Assembly: GCF_016433145.1 (NCBI RefSeq)
Contig: NC_058130.1
Location: 86,413,836 to 86,477,705, forward strand
DNA: 63,870 nucleotides
Direction: 5' to 3'
From: Gracilinanus agilis
Taxonomy: Eukaryota
Shown: piece by piece, positions 50,633-63,870 of the stretch
How positions within the stretch are numbered: the stretch's first letter is position 1
Layout of the letters: each line of letters opens with the position of its first letter
Position numbers and translations under genes: made by a program
Notes under the pieces: model-generated
Seen by the model: the letters and a program-made list of their open reading frames with translations, nothing else
Told to the model about the DNA's origin: nothing
Databases searched by the model: none

Positions 50633-50665
50633 ATGGCGCTGAGGGGCCGCTCCAGGGGAAGATGA
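50633..50665 (+). promoter_or_regulatory. uORF MALRGRSRGR* overlapping the BAP1 start codon (ATGA)
   Basis: gacATGg (strong Kozak) at 50633; 10 codons; TGA at 50663-50665 overlaps the BAP1 ATG at 50662-50664. Confidence 0.75.
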
Positions 50666-50698
50666 ATAAAGGCTGGTTAGAGCTGGAGAGTGACCCAG
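50662..50698 (+). CDS. BAP1: BAP1 exon 1 CDS (MNKGWLELESDP)
   Basis: Diagnostic BAP1 N-terminus; 37 nt; donor gtgagg. Confidence 0.97.
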
Positions 50699-52281
50699 GT
50701 GAGGGGCAAGAAAGGGGGGGCGGGGCCGGGCCGGGGAAAAGGGAGGAAAAGGAGAGAGGACGGGGAGAGGGGGAAGGGGACATGGGCGAGGGGATAAATA
50801 AATAAGAACCATTATCGCCTCCTCCGCGGGTACCATTGCGGATTGGAATTGGGGGAGGCGTTGGGCTGGGCGGGGGAGGCCCAGGCTCCGGGGACCATGT
50901 TGGCTGGCGCGTTATGGAAGCCAAGGATTTCAGAGTTTGAGGAGACTTCCGAGGTCAGAGCCGGGGGTCAACGGAAAGTGGGCTGCATTTGAGCCAGAGG
51001 GCCCGGGTTCAGACCCCACTCCAAGCCCTTCAGCCTCTCTGGGCCTCAGTGTTCTCTCTAAAGGGAGCTGGCCTGGATGAATACTAAGCTCCTTCCCGCT
51101 TAGAACAGAGGTTCAGCTTGAACGTGTGCGAGAAACACTTTTGCAAAAATCCCAACAAGTGGTTATTCAACTTTCGAAGAACTCTAGAATTGTTAGGAGC
51201 TCTTTCTGTCAAGCTGAATATCTCAGCAGTCTTGTCCGTTGTTCCTAGTTCTGCCTTCCGGGCCCAGTGGAGCCAGGCTAAGCCCTCTTCTACCTGATAT
51301 CCATTTACATACAAGCTACCGTGGCCCCTCAAAAGTCTCTGGACAGGCTAAGCACCACCAGGCTATCCTCAGCATACGTTTGTCACCATCCCTCCTAAAC
51401 CTTGCTGCCCAGACCTATATGTGAGACTCCACTTGTAGTCTTGATAGTACCGTGGGATTGTAGCCGCCTCACTTGTGGACTCTAGGTGGTTTAGGATCAC
51501 ATTAGTTATTTTGGTTGCCATATTACATTGTTGACTTACATTTGGAGGATGGGAATTGCAAGGTTGTTCTGCTCCCAAGCAAGCAGGAATACAGGAATAC
51601 AGGGCCAGGAGTTGTAGGCTCAAGTAGGGGATGGGGTATAGAGTTGGAGGTTGAAGGACAAAGTTGTAAGTTAGTAGGGCCTTAGGTGGTAAGAAAACCA
51701 GCACTGTGGTAATTTTTGCTGATTAGGTGTAGTACAAAGATATTCTTAATCTGGATATCAGTTCTCAAAAAAAAAAAAAATGGATATGAAGGACATGACC
51801 ACAGGGTTGGGTTAGGGGTATATGAATAACTGAGGGTAAATAATAGCTACTATTTACATAGCACTCACTGTGCTAATGCTTTATAAATATTATCAAATTT
51901 TATCTTCACAAACAACCTTGAGATGATCTCATTATCCCCATTTTACATTTGAGGAAGCTAAAGCAAACAGGTTTAGTGACTTGCCCAAGGTCACACAGTG
52001 GTATCTGAAATCAGATTTGAACTCAAGTCTTCCTAACTCCAAGGGCTTAAAGAAAGGAGTTGTCTTGAGAATGAGGGCTGTGTGCAGTAGGAAAAAAGAC
52101 ATGAAAAACATCACAGAAGCCTGTAGTGGGAGGGAATGAGAATCATGACTCTGCCTTCCTTTTTTTGCTAAAAGTTTTCTAACCTATTCACACAATTTTG
52201 ATCATTAAATAGCTATTCTTTTTTTTTTTTTTTTTCTTCCTCTGCTGTCTCCTTCACTTTCCAATCTTTGGAAAAACTCAG

Positions 52282-52311
52282 GCCTTTTCACCCTGTTGGT
52301 AGAAGATTTTG
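52282..52311 (+). CDS. BAP1: BAP1 exon 2 (GLFTLLVEDF)
   Basis: 30 nt; ctcag| and |gtaagt. Confidence 0.95.
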
Positions 52312-52931
52312 GTAAGTACAAAACTTCCCCTCAGATGAGGCATTTCGTATGTTTTTGTGCCCAATCTTTTTTTCCCTCCTTTGATTCTGATCTCTCCATA
52401 TGATCAGTCATCAGATTTTTGTCATTTCTACCATTGCAAAATCTCATATACCTGTCCCCTTTTTCTACTCTTCCTTTGAGTACTCTAGATGAGAACCTTT
52501 TTAACTCTCATATAAACTATTATAATAGGGTCCTAAATGATTTTCCTGCTTCCAGTCTGCCTTCTTTCCAAGCTAACCCTCACATCATTGCTTCAGTAAT
52601 CTCCTCCCTCATTTTCTATTCTGACTCTGCCATTTTTCCGTTCCTAAATTATCAGTAGCTTCCCCTTTGTCTTGCACATAAATTATAAACTCCTGATCCT
52701 GGTATTGAAGGCCTGCCTCAAACTAGTCCCAGTAGGCTTTTCTAGAATTATTGAATATAATCTCTTTCATGTATTCTGTTTTCCAACATGTACTTTTGTG
52801 CTCTTCTCTCCTGTTTTTGGTGCCTTTGCTATCCTCCATGGCTGGAGATAACTCTTTAAAGCTGGACCTTTCTCAAATACCACTTCCTCCATTAAGCCTA
52901 GACAATCCTCTATTCCCTTCCATGTACTTTA

Positions 52932-53130
52932 TTTTTTTTTTTAATTTTTTTTTTAAACCCTTGTACTTCGGTGTATTGTCTCATAGGTGGTAGATTGGTA
53001 AGGGTGGGCAATGGGGGTCAAGTGACTTGCCCAGGGTCACACAGCTGGGAAGTGGCTGAGGCCGGGTTTGAACCTAGGACCTCCTGTCTCTAGGCCTGAC
53101 TCTCACTCCACTGAGCTACCCAGCTGCCCC
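52932..53130 (-). mobile_element. Young SINE1_Mdo copy in BAP1 intron 2, 17-bp TSD
   Basis: TSD CCCTTCCATGTACTTTA at 52915-52931 and 53131-53147. Confidence 0.93.
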
Positions 53131-53369
53131 CCCTTCCATGTACTTTAAAAGGGTCTTGACCTCTTCAGAGATCAGCTTTCTGCTTAGATCTATCCTTTGT
53201 ACTTTTTTTTTTAACCATTTATTTGTATACCTGTTCCCCTTTCTATATTTCCCATTATTCTCATTAAATTATAAGCTCTTTGGTAGTGGAATACTTAATG
53301 TATCTAGCTTTGTATCTCCAGCACTGAATACAGAAGTTGTATATAATTAATGGTTGTGATATTCCATAG

Positions 53370-53424
53370 GTGTTAAAGGGGTACAAGTTGAAGAGATTTA
53401 TGATCTTCAGAGCAAATGCCAGGG
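53370..53424 (+). CDS. BAP1: BAP1 exon 3 (GVKGVQVEEIYDLQSKCQG)
   Basis: 55 nt; canonical splice sites. Confidence 0.96.
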
Positions 53425-54138
53425 GTAAGTGACTTCCCGGTTAGTCTCTGTCACTGACCTATTAAGATAGTTTGAGAAAGTATCATTTCTTCTGTATAAG
53501 TCTCATTGAGGGGTTTTTAAAGCTCCAGGATCCCTTGGTAATAAACAGTAATGTAGAGGATGTCATAGCAGAGGACTGGTCTCTGGTGGTTGACATTTCT
53601 CACAATGCGGAATGTTTTATTACCTGAGAAACTTAAGATTTTGCCTGGATGCCTTTTTTTGGGGACCCTAAAATAGAAACATTGGAGTTAACCTCTATGT
53701 TATCAGGAAGTGAGTTGTGGTAACAATGCTAAAAGTCTCTTCCTAACGAAGAAGAGAATTGGTTTGAGTGTGGATTTGTTTTATTTACTCTGTTTGGGAT
53801 GTTGTGCTAGAGTCCAGTGATAGAGGAAGTTGAACTTCCCACTGGAACAGAATCTTCATGTGTCTCTATCTTTGCTTTTATTCTGAAGCTTTCACTCTTC
53901 CAAGATGGGCCTCTGGGCGATGAATTGCTTTCCCCCTTTTGTTGACATAGAATTATGACATTTTGTTTGGGAGAGGAGGTGGGTGCCTTCCTTTTGGACT
54001 TTTAGGTCAAAGAAAAGAACAGTGGCTGTGCATCTCTCTAGGGAATACATATACTTAGTACTGCCATGAGCTGAGTTGGCAGTGTTCAGGAAAAGTTAGC
54101 AAAGAGTACCATTTTGGGAGTCTTCCTTCCTTAGTTAA

Positions 54139-54408
<270 letters not shown>

Positions 54409-54733
54409 TGAGATATGAATTTTTGTACCTAAGTTGCCACAAGATAATTTAGCCTAGAGAATTCTTAGTGCTTCTGCTTTAAGAGAGAATAAACAAAATC
54501 CAGGAGTGGTTATTTTGTGAACACTCTTAGCAGAGAGGATTTCCCCTCTTCTTCATTTGGACAAAGGAAGGGAAGGTTCCTTTCTTGAGATTCAAGGAGT
54601 TCTGACTAGATTAGACCCCATGAAACTTTTTTCTGTATGCCATATTTATGAATCATGCTATGTTGGTATGTTTGAGGGAGGTTGAGACAAGATGTAGGTC
54701 AGGAATAAAAAGTGCCTATTCTTGGATTTGCAG

Positions 54734-54853
54734 CTGATTCCCAACTCCTGTGCCACTCATGCCTTATTGAGTGTCCTTTTGAACTGTAGCAATGTGGACC
54801 TGGGCCCAACACTGAGCCGCATGAAGGATTTCACCAAGGGTTTTAGCCCAGAG
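54734..54853 (+). CDS. BAP1: BAP1 exon 5 ([17 protein letters not shown]...GFSPE; catalytic Cys)
   Basis: 120 nt; UCH catalytic NSCATH motif. Confidence 0.97.
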
Positions 54854-55298
54854 GTATGTGGAGAACCCTGGCTGCCTGGCAGAGGCTCTTGTGCCTATGC
54901 TTTGAGAACTAGATTGACATATATGTAGTGCCCAGACAAGGCTTAGGCCCTAGGGGTTACTCTCCTGTCCTTTGAAGTGATTGCAGTTCCCCCATATTGG
55001 CAGTGGATGTGATGATTTTAACTTTTCATGTTTTATTTTCTCCTGTCACTTCATTGATCCCCTGGGCAGCCCTGTGAATTCAGTAGAGCAAATGGTGACA
55101 ATCCCCATTTTATAGATAAGAAATTAAGCAATGCTTGCCTAAATCCACAAAACAAATAAAATGCTTGGGCTAGAATTCAAGTCTTCTGACTCTAGCATCC
55201 AGTGGACTTATTCTCACCTTGCTTTCTCTGAAATTTTAGCATCTTTATCTCTTGACCACATGAAGACTTTGACATAGGATTATTTCTTCTCTTTCTAG

Positions 55299-55360
55299 AG
55301 CAAGGGATATGCCATTGGGAATGCTCCAGAGCTGGCCAAAGCACACAACAGCCATGCCAG
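55299..55360 (+). CDS. BAP1: BAP1 exon 6 (SKGYAIGNAPELAKAHNSHA)
   Basis: 62 nt; canonical splice sites. Confidence 0.96.
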
Positions 55361-55443
55361 GTGCGTGTAAAGAAGATGGAGATGTGTGATAGGATAAAAG
55401 GCAATATAGTCATAAGGAGGGCTCTCCTTAATCAGCCTTCTGA

Positions 55444-55659
<216 letters not shown>

Positions 55660-55985
55660 TAGGGCTAGGCAAACTGAGTGCTTTCCTCAGTTCTTCAGAC
55701 TATAATGATTTTGTAAGGCCTTTGGTTTCAGTTTCATTTCTCAATCATTACAAATTCTAGAATTAGAGATATGATTGTTAGACATTAAGTACTAAGATTA
55801 TTCAGCTGGGCAGAGAATAATATGCCTTTCTCCAGAAATAGCTGGCCACATTGTTATAAGGGTGGTCTTTAATGGTAATACAGCCGAATATACTTGTAAA
55901 GCTTCTTATCATGTGGTAAGATGGCTCTGAGGAAGTCTGAATCTGATCATAGGCATCCTTCAGATATTCCCTCCAACCTCCTTGA

Positions 55986-56135
<150 letters not shown>

Positions 56136-56421
56136 TAACTGCCCAGATTGGAGGGTGGGCATAGCACTGGGAAGTTTGATGGCAGTTGTGCTCCTCGGCA
56201 CCCTTGGGTGGGTTTCCTAGATGGTGCCAACCTTTCTCTTTCCCATGGAGGAGTATGGAATTCTAAAGGAATCTGGTGAGAGTATAAAAACCCCTATAAA
56301 TAGTGATAACTGGCTTGCTGGTCTGCCTTATATCAAAGCATAATGTATAAAATTACTGGCTGGCCCTAAGACACTGGTTTTAAAGTTTCTAGCATGGAAT
56401 CATTTGCATTTGGTCATCTGA

Positions 56422-56670
<249 letters not shown>

Positions 56671-57127
56671 TAGGACTCGGGACTTCCCGTTCTTTTAGGA
56701 GCCATGTTTGAACATCTTTTGTTTTCCATTTTCTTTTCATATCCTTTTCCTATGAATGTTTTCTTCTGATTTAACATTTGTAGTTTTCTTTTTTCAAGCA
56801 GTTTGATGATTTAGGGGGTTAAAGTAACTGTTGGATTTTCCATGCTTTTCATCTCCTTTCTGTTTCTCCCTCTAGCTTTGGATATCTCCTTACTCCTTTC
56901 TGACTTCCTGGAGAGTGGGAAAGTTTTAGGTTGGGATGAGGACTGGCTACTAAAATGAAGTCCTTAGTATTCCCCTTTCATGGTGTGATTGGGTAACTGC
57001 TAACAGAGCTGATCCTGAGGCATGCTCAGCTGGAAAAGCGAGACGGCACAGTCCGGTGGTGTGTGTCCCTGAGAATGTAGAATTCTGCTAGTCCTGTTGC
57101 TCAGTGCCCTCCTTATTCTGGTTTCAG

Positions 57128-57275
57128 CTGATCCGAGTGACTCAGCCAGAACTGATTCAAACCCAGAAGTCCCAAGAGTCTCAGCCTCCTGAGGACTCCA
57201 AGCCAGCCTCCTGCAAGCCCTCTCTGGTGCTTGAAACAAGCAAGACCCCACTGGCCTCTGAGGCTTCTCAAACAG
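57128..57275 (+). CDS. BAP1: BAP1 exon 10 ([17 protein letters not shown]...ASEASQT)
   Basis: 148 nt; canonical splice sites. Confidence 0.96.
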
Positions 57276-57389
57276 GTATGAGATGCCTAAGCAACAGGAC
57301 CCAGGAGGCCTGGACATTGACTCCTCGGGCAGAGATTCAGTTAGATTGGATTGGGCATGAAATTGACTGTTTCAAGGTTGGCCTAGCTT

Positions 57390-57800
57390 AAGGATTCTTA
57401 ATCTTTTTAGTATTATGAACCCCTTGGCAGTCTAGTGAAGCCAGTGGTCCCCTTATCGAAATAATGGTTTTTTTTTTTTGTTTTAGGTTTTTTTTTTAAA
57501 CCCTTACCTTCTGCCTTAGAATCAATCTAAGGCAGAAGAGCAGTAAGGGCTAGGAAGTGGAGGTTAAGTGACTTGTCCAGAGTCTCACACAGCTAGGAAG
57601 TGTTCAGGAAGAGGCTGAATTTGAACTTAGGACCTCCCATCTCTAGGCCTGGCTCTCAATCCACTGAGCCACTTAGCTGCCCCAAGAATAATGTCCTTAA
57701 AAACATAAAATATGATATGTTATAAAGGAAACCAATTATAGATAGTTGTCAAAGCATTAAAAAGAAAAGTTGTTGAACCCCAGATTGAGGAACCCTGGGA
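57390..57800. mobile_element. Old Charlie-type hAT element interrupted by a SINE1 (about 57467-57685)
   Basis: ttcttaatc...ggcagtctagtgaagcc...aaaccaattata...cagattgaggaaccctg; the SINE is flanked by a repeated aataatg. Confidence 0.6.
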
Positions 57801-58709
57801 TAGAGGGATTTAAGTGCTCTGATTGAAAGACAACATGGTAAAGTGGAAAAAGAACATAGGATTTGGAGTCAGAGGACCTGAGTTCAAATCCTGCTTTAGA
57901 CAATTAGAAATTGTGTGACCTTGGGCACTGAAATTTCTCTGGGCCTCAGTTGTAAAATGAGGAAGACAGACTTAGTGGCCTTTGAGAACCCTTCCAGCTC
58001 TAAATTTATGGGCCTATAACATAGATGCATACAACATACTGAGTGCCTTCTCTTAAGTTCTGGAGAAAAAAGCCCTGGCCTGGCCTTCTGGGTGCATTCA
58101 GTCTTTCTTTTTGTGGAATCCTGGAAGATTGGGAGACTCCTACATTTTTGATTTAGAACCATCAAGAAAAGACTAATAAAAAGAATGTGATAGACAAATG
58201 TTTAGCAGCCTGGAGTTCCTTAGCCTTCTGTGTCCCTTGCACCACACAAACTTCCTCCTTTCTTTTGGTCCTTTACTTTTCTCCTTTTTTTCCTTTTTTT
58301 CTTTCTATTCTGACCTGTCCGAGACATCCAGGAATTTCTCAACCCCATAGAGATTTCTGTCTTCTTTTTGAAAGATGGTTATGGTAGCTGGGTCCAAAAG
58401 ATGGGAAGAAGTGGCAGTGGGGCTGATTGTTTGAAGTGTTTGAAGTGTTTGGAGGGAAGAGAACACAAAACTGAAGAGGTGCCTGGTTCTTTTTCTTTTT
58501 AATTTTTATTTAACCTTACCTTCTGTCTCAGACTCTGTACTAAGGCAGAAGAGTAATATGGGCTAGGCAATGAGAATTAAGTGACTTGCCCAGGGTCACA
58601 CAGCTAGGAAGTGTCTTAAGTTCAAATTTGAACCCAGGACCTCCCATCTCTAGACATGGCTCTCAATCCACTGAGCCACCTAAATGCCTTCTCCCACTCC
58701 ACTACTTTT

Positions 58710-60030
58710 TTTTTTTTAAGAAATTTTTATTGCCTTTTAAAAAATATCACCATAGCTTTCCCCTTCCAAAGAATCATCTCATAATAGAGAGCTTTTTAAG
58801 ATTAAAAAAAAAAAAAGAGGGAAAAGTCAGCATAACTGATCAGTACATTAAGAAAGTCTAAAAATATGTGCATTCTACAGCCCTTGTAGGCCCCCCTACC
58901 TCTGCATAGGAGAGGGTAGGAGTGTCTGCTCATAGCTCTTCTTTCCAGCTATTTTTTGTTCTTTAGAATTTTGCAACATTCACTTTGATTTTTTGGTGTG
59001 TGCTGGTTCTTTATGTTGTGGTAATCATAGCTTTTAATGTCTTATTGCCTCTGCTTACTTCACTGTCATCACATATAGATCTTTCCTTGTTACCCTGTAT
59101 CCATCACATTCATTATTTCTTATAGCCCAATAATAATCCATTACATTCTCATACCACAGTGGTCTAGCCATTCCCCAATCATTGGGCATCTGCTTTATTT
59201 CCATTTCTTTGTAATCACAAACAGTGCTGCTAGAAATATTGTGGTGTATAGGAGGTCTTTCTTCTTGTCAATGGCCTCTTTGGGATGTAAGCCCAGTAAG
59301 GGAATCTCTGGGTCAGAGGCTATGGACATTTTAATTACTTCATTTGTGTAATTCTAGTTTGCTTTCCAAAATGGTTATACTGATTCATGGGTTCACCAAC
59401 AGTGCACCACAATACCTATTTTCCCACAGTCTCTCCAATTTGACTATTCCCATCATTTGCCAATTTGCAAGATGTGAGGTAAAACCTCAGGATTACTTTG
59501 ATTCAAATTTCTCTTATTGTAATTTAGAGCCTTCTTTCATGTGGTTGTGAATAGTTTGGGGTTCTTTTGAAAGCAGTTCATATCCTTTGACCTCTTATCT
59601 GTTGGGAAATGGCTTTTGGTCACGGGTATCTATTCTTTCTATATCTTGAATACCCAACCTTTTTCAGAGAAATTTGATAATTTTTTTCCCCCCCGCTTCT
59701 CATCTTATTCTAGCATTAGTGTTATCTGCTCAGAAGCTTTTCAGTTTCATATAATCAAAGTTACCTCTTTTATCTTTTGTGATTGCTTTTATCTCTTGAA
59801 GAATACATCTCCCTATAGCTGGAAGAGGCATATGATCTGTTTTTCTAAATATTAAGGTTAGGTATCCATTTAGAATGTATTGTGGAATAAAGTATTAGGT
59901 ATTTGTCTAAGTTTGATTTCTGACACACTGCTTTCCAGTTTTCCACTAGTTTTTAATCAGATAAGGAGCAATTTACTAAATTGTTTATGATTTCTATTTT
60001 ATTAAATAGTAGGCTTTTGAGTTCCATTGT
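58710..60030 (-). mobile_element. L1/MAR1 3' fragments (antisense) in BAP1 intron 10
   Basis: Reverse-complement L1 3' end sequence. Confidence 0.75.
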
Positions 60031-60476
60031 TTCTGATTGTCCCTTGTCATTCAGTTTTTTCAGTCATGCCCATCCTCTTTATGACTTCATTTGGGGTTTT
60101 CTCGGCAAAGACACTGGAATGATTAGCCATTTTTTATTCCATCTCATTTTTACATAGGAGAAAACTGAGGCAAATAGGGTAAAGTGACTTGCCTTGGGTC
60201 ACACAGCTAATAAGTGCCCGAGGCCAGACTTGAACTTGGGAAGATAGGTCTTCTTGACTCCAGGTCTGGCCTTTTGTGCACTGCACCATTTGGCTGCCCT
60301 TACATAGCTTCTTTTTCTAGTCTTTTTCACTTTTTAACTAATCCCAGGTAGTTTTGTTGATTGTTGCTTTATTATATAGTATGAAATCTGGAAATGCTGT
60401 TCCCTCTTTCTCCTTACCAGTACCTTCTATGTCTTGTTTTGAAGGCATTATTCATATTATTCTTCCCTCTTCTCAG

Positions 60477-60661
60477 ATGGACCTGAAGAGGTGGCAGGGC
60501 CTTGTCAGCCAGCCCCCACACATAGTCCACCCAGCAAACCCAAACTCATGGTGAAGCCTCCAGTTAGCAGCCTCAATGGGGTCCCAGCAAACCCCAGTCC
60601 CATCGTTCAGCGGCTCCCAGCTTTCTTGGATAACCACAATTATGCTAAATCTCCCATGCAA
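60477..60661 (+). CDS. BAP1: BAP1 exon 11 (includes the HCF-1 binding motif NHNY)
   Basis: 185 nt; ...[18 protein letters not shown]|gtaagt. Confidence 0.96.
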
Positions 60662-61121
60662 GTAAGTACCTAGAACCAAACGGGTACCCATTTCTGGTCT
60701 AACACTTAGTGCCACAAGATATCCATAATACTCAAAGTCTTTTGAGAGGTGGGCTTTGATAGCTATTTGGGAGTATCTTATCTTCCTGTTTTTGGTCATA
60801 ACATTTTTATCTGGCCACTAGAGAACTTCAAGAGTTTTAAGAGAATTTCTGGAAATCCAAGACTTCCTACTTCCAGATCATTTGGTTGGATCCAGAATTG
60901 AGACCTTAAGAATATAAGATATTCTTGATTAGTTCTGAAACACCAGTAGAATAAAGGCAAAGTCTTTGAGAATCGTGCTTCTTTAGAATGATTTTGTGGG
61001 ACAAACCTCACACCAAAGGAGCATCTGTCCCCAGCATGTTCTAGCTGTCTGTTTTTGATATTACTGGGATCCCAATGCGACTTCTGCTCTTACTTTGAAT
61101 TCACCCTGATTTATCCTTCAG

Positions 61122-61255
61122 GAAGAAGAGGACCTGGCAGCAGGTGTAGGCCGTAGCCGTGTCCCAGTTCGCCCACCACAGCAGTACTCGGATGATGAAG
61201 ATGACTATGATGATGAGGAGGAGGAAGATGTTCGGAACACAAATTCTGCCATCAG
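61122..61255 (+). CDS. BAP1: BAP1 exon 12 ([29 protein letters not shown]...)
   Basis: 134 nt; canonical splice sites. Confidence 0.96.
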
Positions 61256-61366
61256 GTATGGTATACTATGGTATACTAAAAACCTTGGCCTTTTCTTTTG
61301 TTTACCCATGTTCTGGAGAGTGAATGTGGAGCTTCTGAGAATCTCTTGAGACTGGATTGTATAAGG

Positions 61367-61556
61367 CAGTGATTTCCCAAAGTGGGTACTACCACCCCCT
61401 GGTGGGTGCTGCAGCAATCCAGGGGAGCGGTGATGGCCACACTTTTTTTGTATTACATTCTATTCTGAGTTCGATAGTTTCATAATTTCCAGGGGGCGCT
61501 AAGTAGTATTTTTTCTGGAAAGGGGGCAGTAGGCCAAAAAAGTTTGGGAACCACTG
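61367..61556. mobile_element. Same hAT MITE, copy 2, in BAP1 intron 12
   Basis: Same TIRs and body as 16081-16272; TSD GTATAAGG / GTATAAAG (7/8). Confidence 0.9.
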
Positions 61557-61675
61557 GTATAAAGGGATCCACATGCCCTGTCAGCTGTTCTTCCTTCCTT
61601 GAATGGGGGAGGTGCTTTCTAGGAGAGAGGCTTACTCCTCTCCCAAGCTTAATCTCTGTCTGTGGGTCTGAACAG

Positions 61676-62154
61676 GTACAAGCGAAAAGGGCAAGTTAAG
61701 CAGGAGCCCTTGCCTGCCTCTTCTGATGGTCAGCTCTGCGTCCTGCAGCCCAACACCATTAATGTGCTGGCCGAGAAGCTTAAGGAATCCCAGAAAGACC
61801 TCTCAATTCCTTTGTCCATCAAGACTAGTGGTGGTGCTGGAAGCCCAGCTGTAGCTGCGCCCTCTCACTCTCAACCTTCACCCACTCCCAGCAATGAGAG
61901 CACTGACACAGCTTCTGAGATTGGGAGCGCCTTCAACTCTCCGCTTCGGTCCCCCATCCGCTCTGCCAATCCCACCCGCCCGTCCAGCCCTGTCACTTCC
62001 CACATCTCCAAGGTGCTTTTTGGGGAGGACGATGGGTTGTTGCGAGTGGACTGCATGCGCTACAACCGGGCTGTACGAGACTTGGGGCCTGTCATCAGCA
62101 TAGGTCTTCTGCATCTCTCTGAGGATGGGGTTCTGTGCCCTCTCACCATTGCAG
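61676..62154 (+). CDS. BAP1: BAP1 exon 13
   Basis: 479 nt; YKRKG...[27 protein letters not shown]...[18 protein letters not shown]...; canonical splice sites. Confidence 0.97.
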
Positions 62155-62291
62155 GTGAGGGATGATGGGTTTGGGGGTAGTTATGGGGTCAAGAGGAGCT
62201 AGATCTAATCAATCAAATAGCAAGGTGTTTGAGAAGACCACAGTCCTTGGTGCCTGCTTTTAGCTCTTTCTCTTGTGTGTGCTCCTCCTAG

Positions 62292-62449
62292 AAGGTGGGA
62301 AAGGTTCCTCACCGCCTGTCAGACAGAGCCAGATCACCCAGATCAGTGTCACCCTGGAGGAAAAGGAGGCACCTGAGCCAAGTGACAGAGAGAAAGCTGG
62401 GCTGAGCCGACCTCCTGAACAGCTGTGTGGGGAAAAGTATTCCCCCAAA
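62292..62449 (+). CDS. BAP1: BAP1 exon 14 (GGKGSSP...GEKYSPK)
   Basis: 158 nt, one codon shorter than human as recalled; donor gtgagt. Confidence 0.94.
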
Positions 62450-62683
62450 GTGAGTGTCCAGTCGTTTGCCTGGGGTTGTGGGCCAGTGGGGGCTACCATG
62501 TCCCCTCTTCTCTTGGTGTTACTGGCACCAGCCATGGCCAGGTTAGGTGACAAGAGTTGGGGGTCAGGAGCTTTATACTTTGCCCCATACCCTTCTTGCT
62601 ACTGGTGCAGAGGATAGCACCCTCCTAGGGGTCCCTTTCCCACCCTTGAGCAGCCACTTCACCGGCACACTTGGTTTTGCTAG

Positions 62684-63044
<361 letters not shown>

Positions 63045-63349
63045 TGAATCCAGGTCTGCATCCTAGGAAATAGAATTCTAATACCAAAAGCACAGTATTT
63101 TTTTCCAAGATTTATGCAGATTGTAGAGGACACAAGGTTATCCTGTGAGATGGTCCAGCTTTGTCTGGAAGATTGCCTATTTTCTGACCCAGGTCTTAGA
63201 CTCATTCTCCTGTGTGGGCTTGTTGAGAATCTCCTGGGACAGCTGATATCCTACATTAACACTTGTGGATAGATCATTGTTGTCAAAATCAAGTAGAGAT
63301 GGGTGCCATTAAACTAAACAGAAGGATCCCTGAAGGCACATAATTATTT

Positions 63350-63870
63350 TTTAAATATTTTTCCAGTTACTTGTAAAACAATTTTTAGCCTTCATTTTTC
63401 AGTTTTAAGTTCCAAATGTTCTTCCATTCTCCTTCCCTCACTCCTTATTAAGAAGGCAGGCAATTTGATAAAGGCGAAACGTGCAGTCTTACAGAACATA
63501 TTTCTATACTAGTAATGTTGTGAAAGAAAACCCAGACCAAAAAAAAAAAAAGAAAAAGCATAAACAGTATGCATTCAGATTCCATTTTAGGAGATGGGCA
63601 GCATTTTTCATTATGAGTCCTTCAGAATTGTCTTGGATCATTCTAAGAATAGTTCAGTCATGTGGTACAGTATTGCTGTTACCATTCTCCTGGTTTGACA
63701 TACTTCTTTTCATAAGTTCATATAAATATTCCCAAGAGGTATTCTGAAACTATCTTGCTTGTCATTCTTTTAGCATAATTGTATTCCATCACAGACTTGT
63801 TTAGCTATTCTCCAACTGATGAGCACAACTACCCCCACCTCCTAGTTTCCAGTTCTTTGCCACCACAAAA
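63350..63870 (-). mobile_element. MAR1/L1 3' fragment (antisense) in BAP1 intron 16
   Basis: Similar to the elements at 13140-13700 and 15135-15920. Confidence 0.75.

Larger units (their letters stand above)
49700..51010. promoter_or_regulatory. CpG island / bidirectional BAP1-PHF7 promoter
   Basis: Abrupt GC- and CpG-rich stretch in a CpG-poor background, spanning the BAP1 ATG. Contains GC boxes, half-CRE sites (50456-50460, 50527-50531), MYB-type sites and a CGCG palindrome. The head-to-head BAP1/PHF7 arrangement is known in human. Confidence 0.9.

Noticed and set aside
49605-50924. Several 117-213 aa ORFs on both strands in the CpG island
   Set aside because: GC-rich sequence lacks stops by composition; the peptides are low-complexity and include a translated CA repeat. 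Only 50662-50698 is BAP1 coding.

Overview
Eukaryotic genomic DNA from a marsupial, most likely a didelphid opossum such as Monodelphis, judged from SINE1_Mdo/MAR1-type SINEs (inference). It is the SEMA3G-PHF7-BAP1 locus, in the same gene order as human 3p21.1. It contains the last coding exon and 3' UTR of SEMA3G (+). It contains an apparently complete PHF7 (-): 10 coding exons, 374 aa by my splice model, first coding exon tentative, one GC donor. A CpG-island bidirectional promoter lies at about 49.7-51.0 kb. BAP1 (+) coding exons 1-16 are intact; the final exon lies beyond the window. Introns and intergenic DNA are dense with SINE1/MAR1/MIR, L1, L2, L3/CR1, hAT MITEs with 8-bp TSDs, a decayed full-length hAT transposase, a Ty3/Gypsy integrase fossil and LTRs. 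Best leads: a strong-Kozak uORF whose stop overlaps the BAP1 ATG; a duplicated double-MYB module on the PHF7 side of the shared promoter; a GC-donor symmetric PHF7 exon enclosed by young inverted SINEs; co-oriented CTCF motifs, partly MITE-delivered; and an unidentified CpG-retaining, coding-like segment at 8.3-9.4 kb. I found no clearly new multi-gene system. Comparisons with human sequences and repeat family names come from memory and need confirming by alignment or RepeatMasker; repeat boundaries are approximate unless a TSD is quoted.
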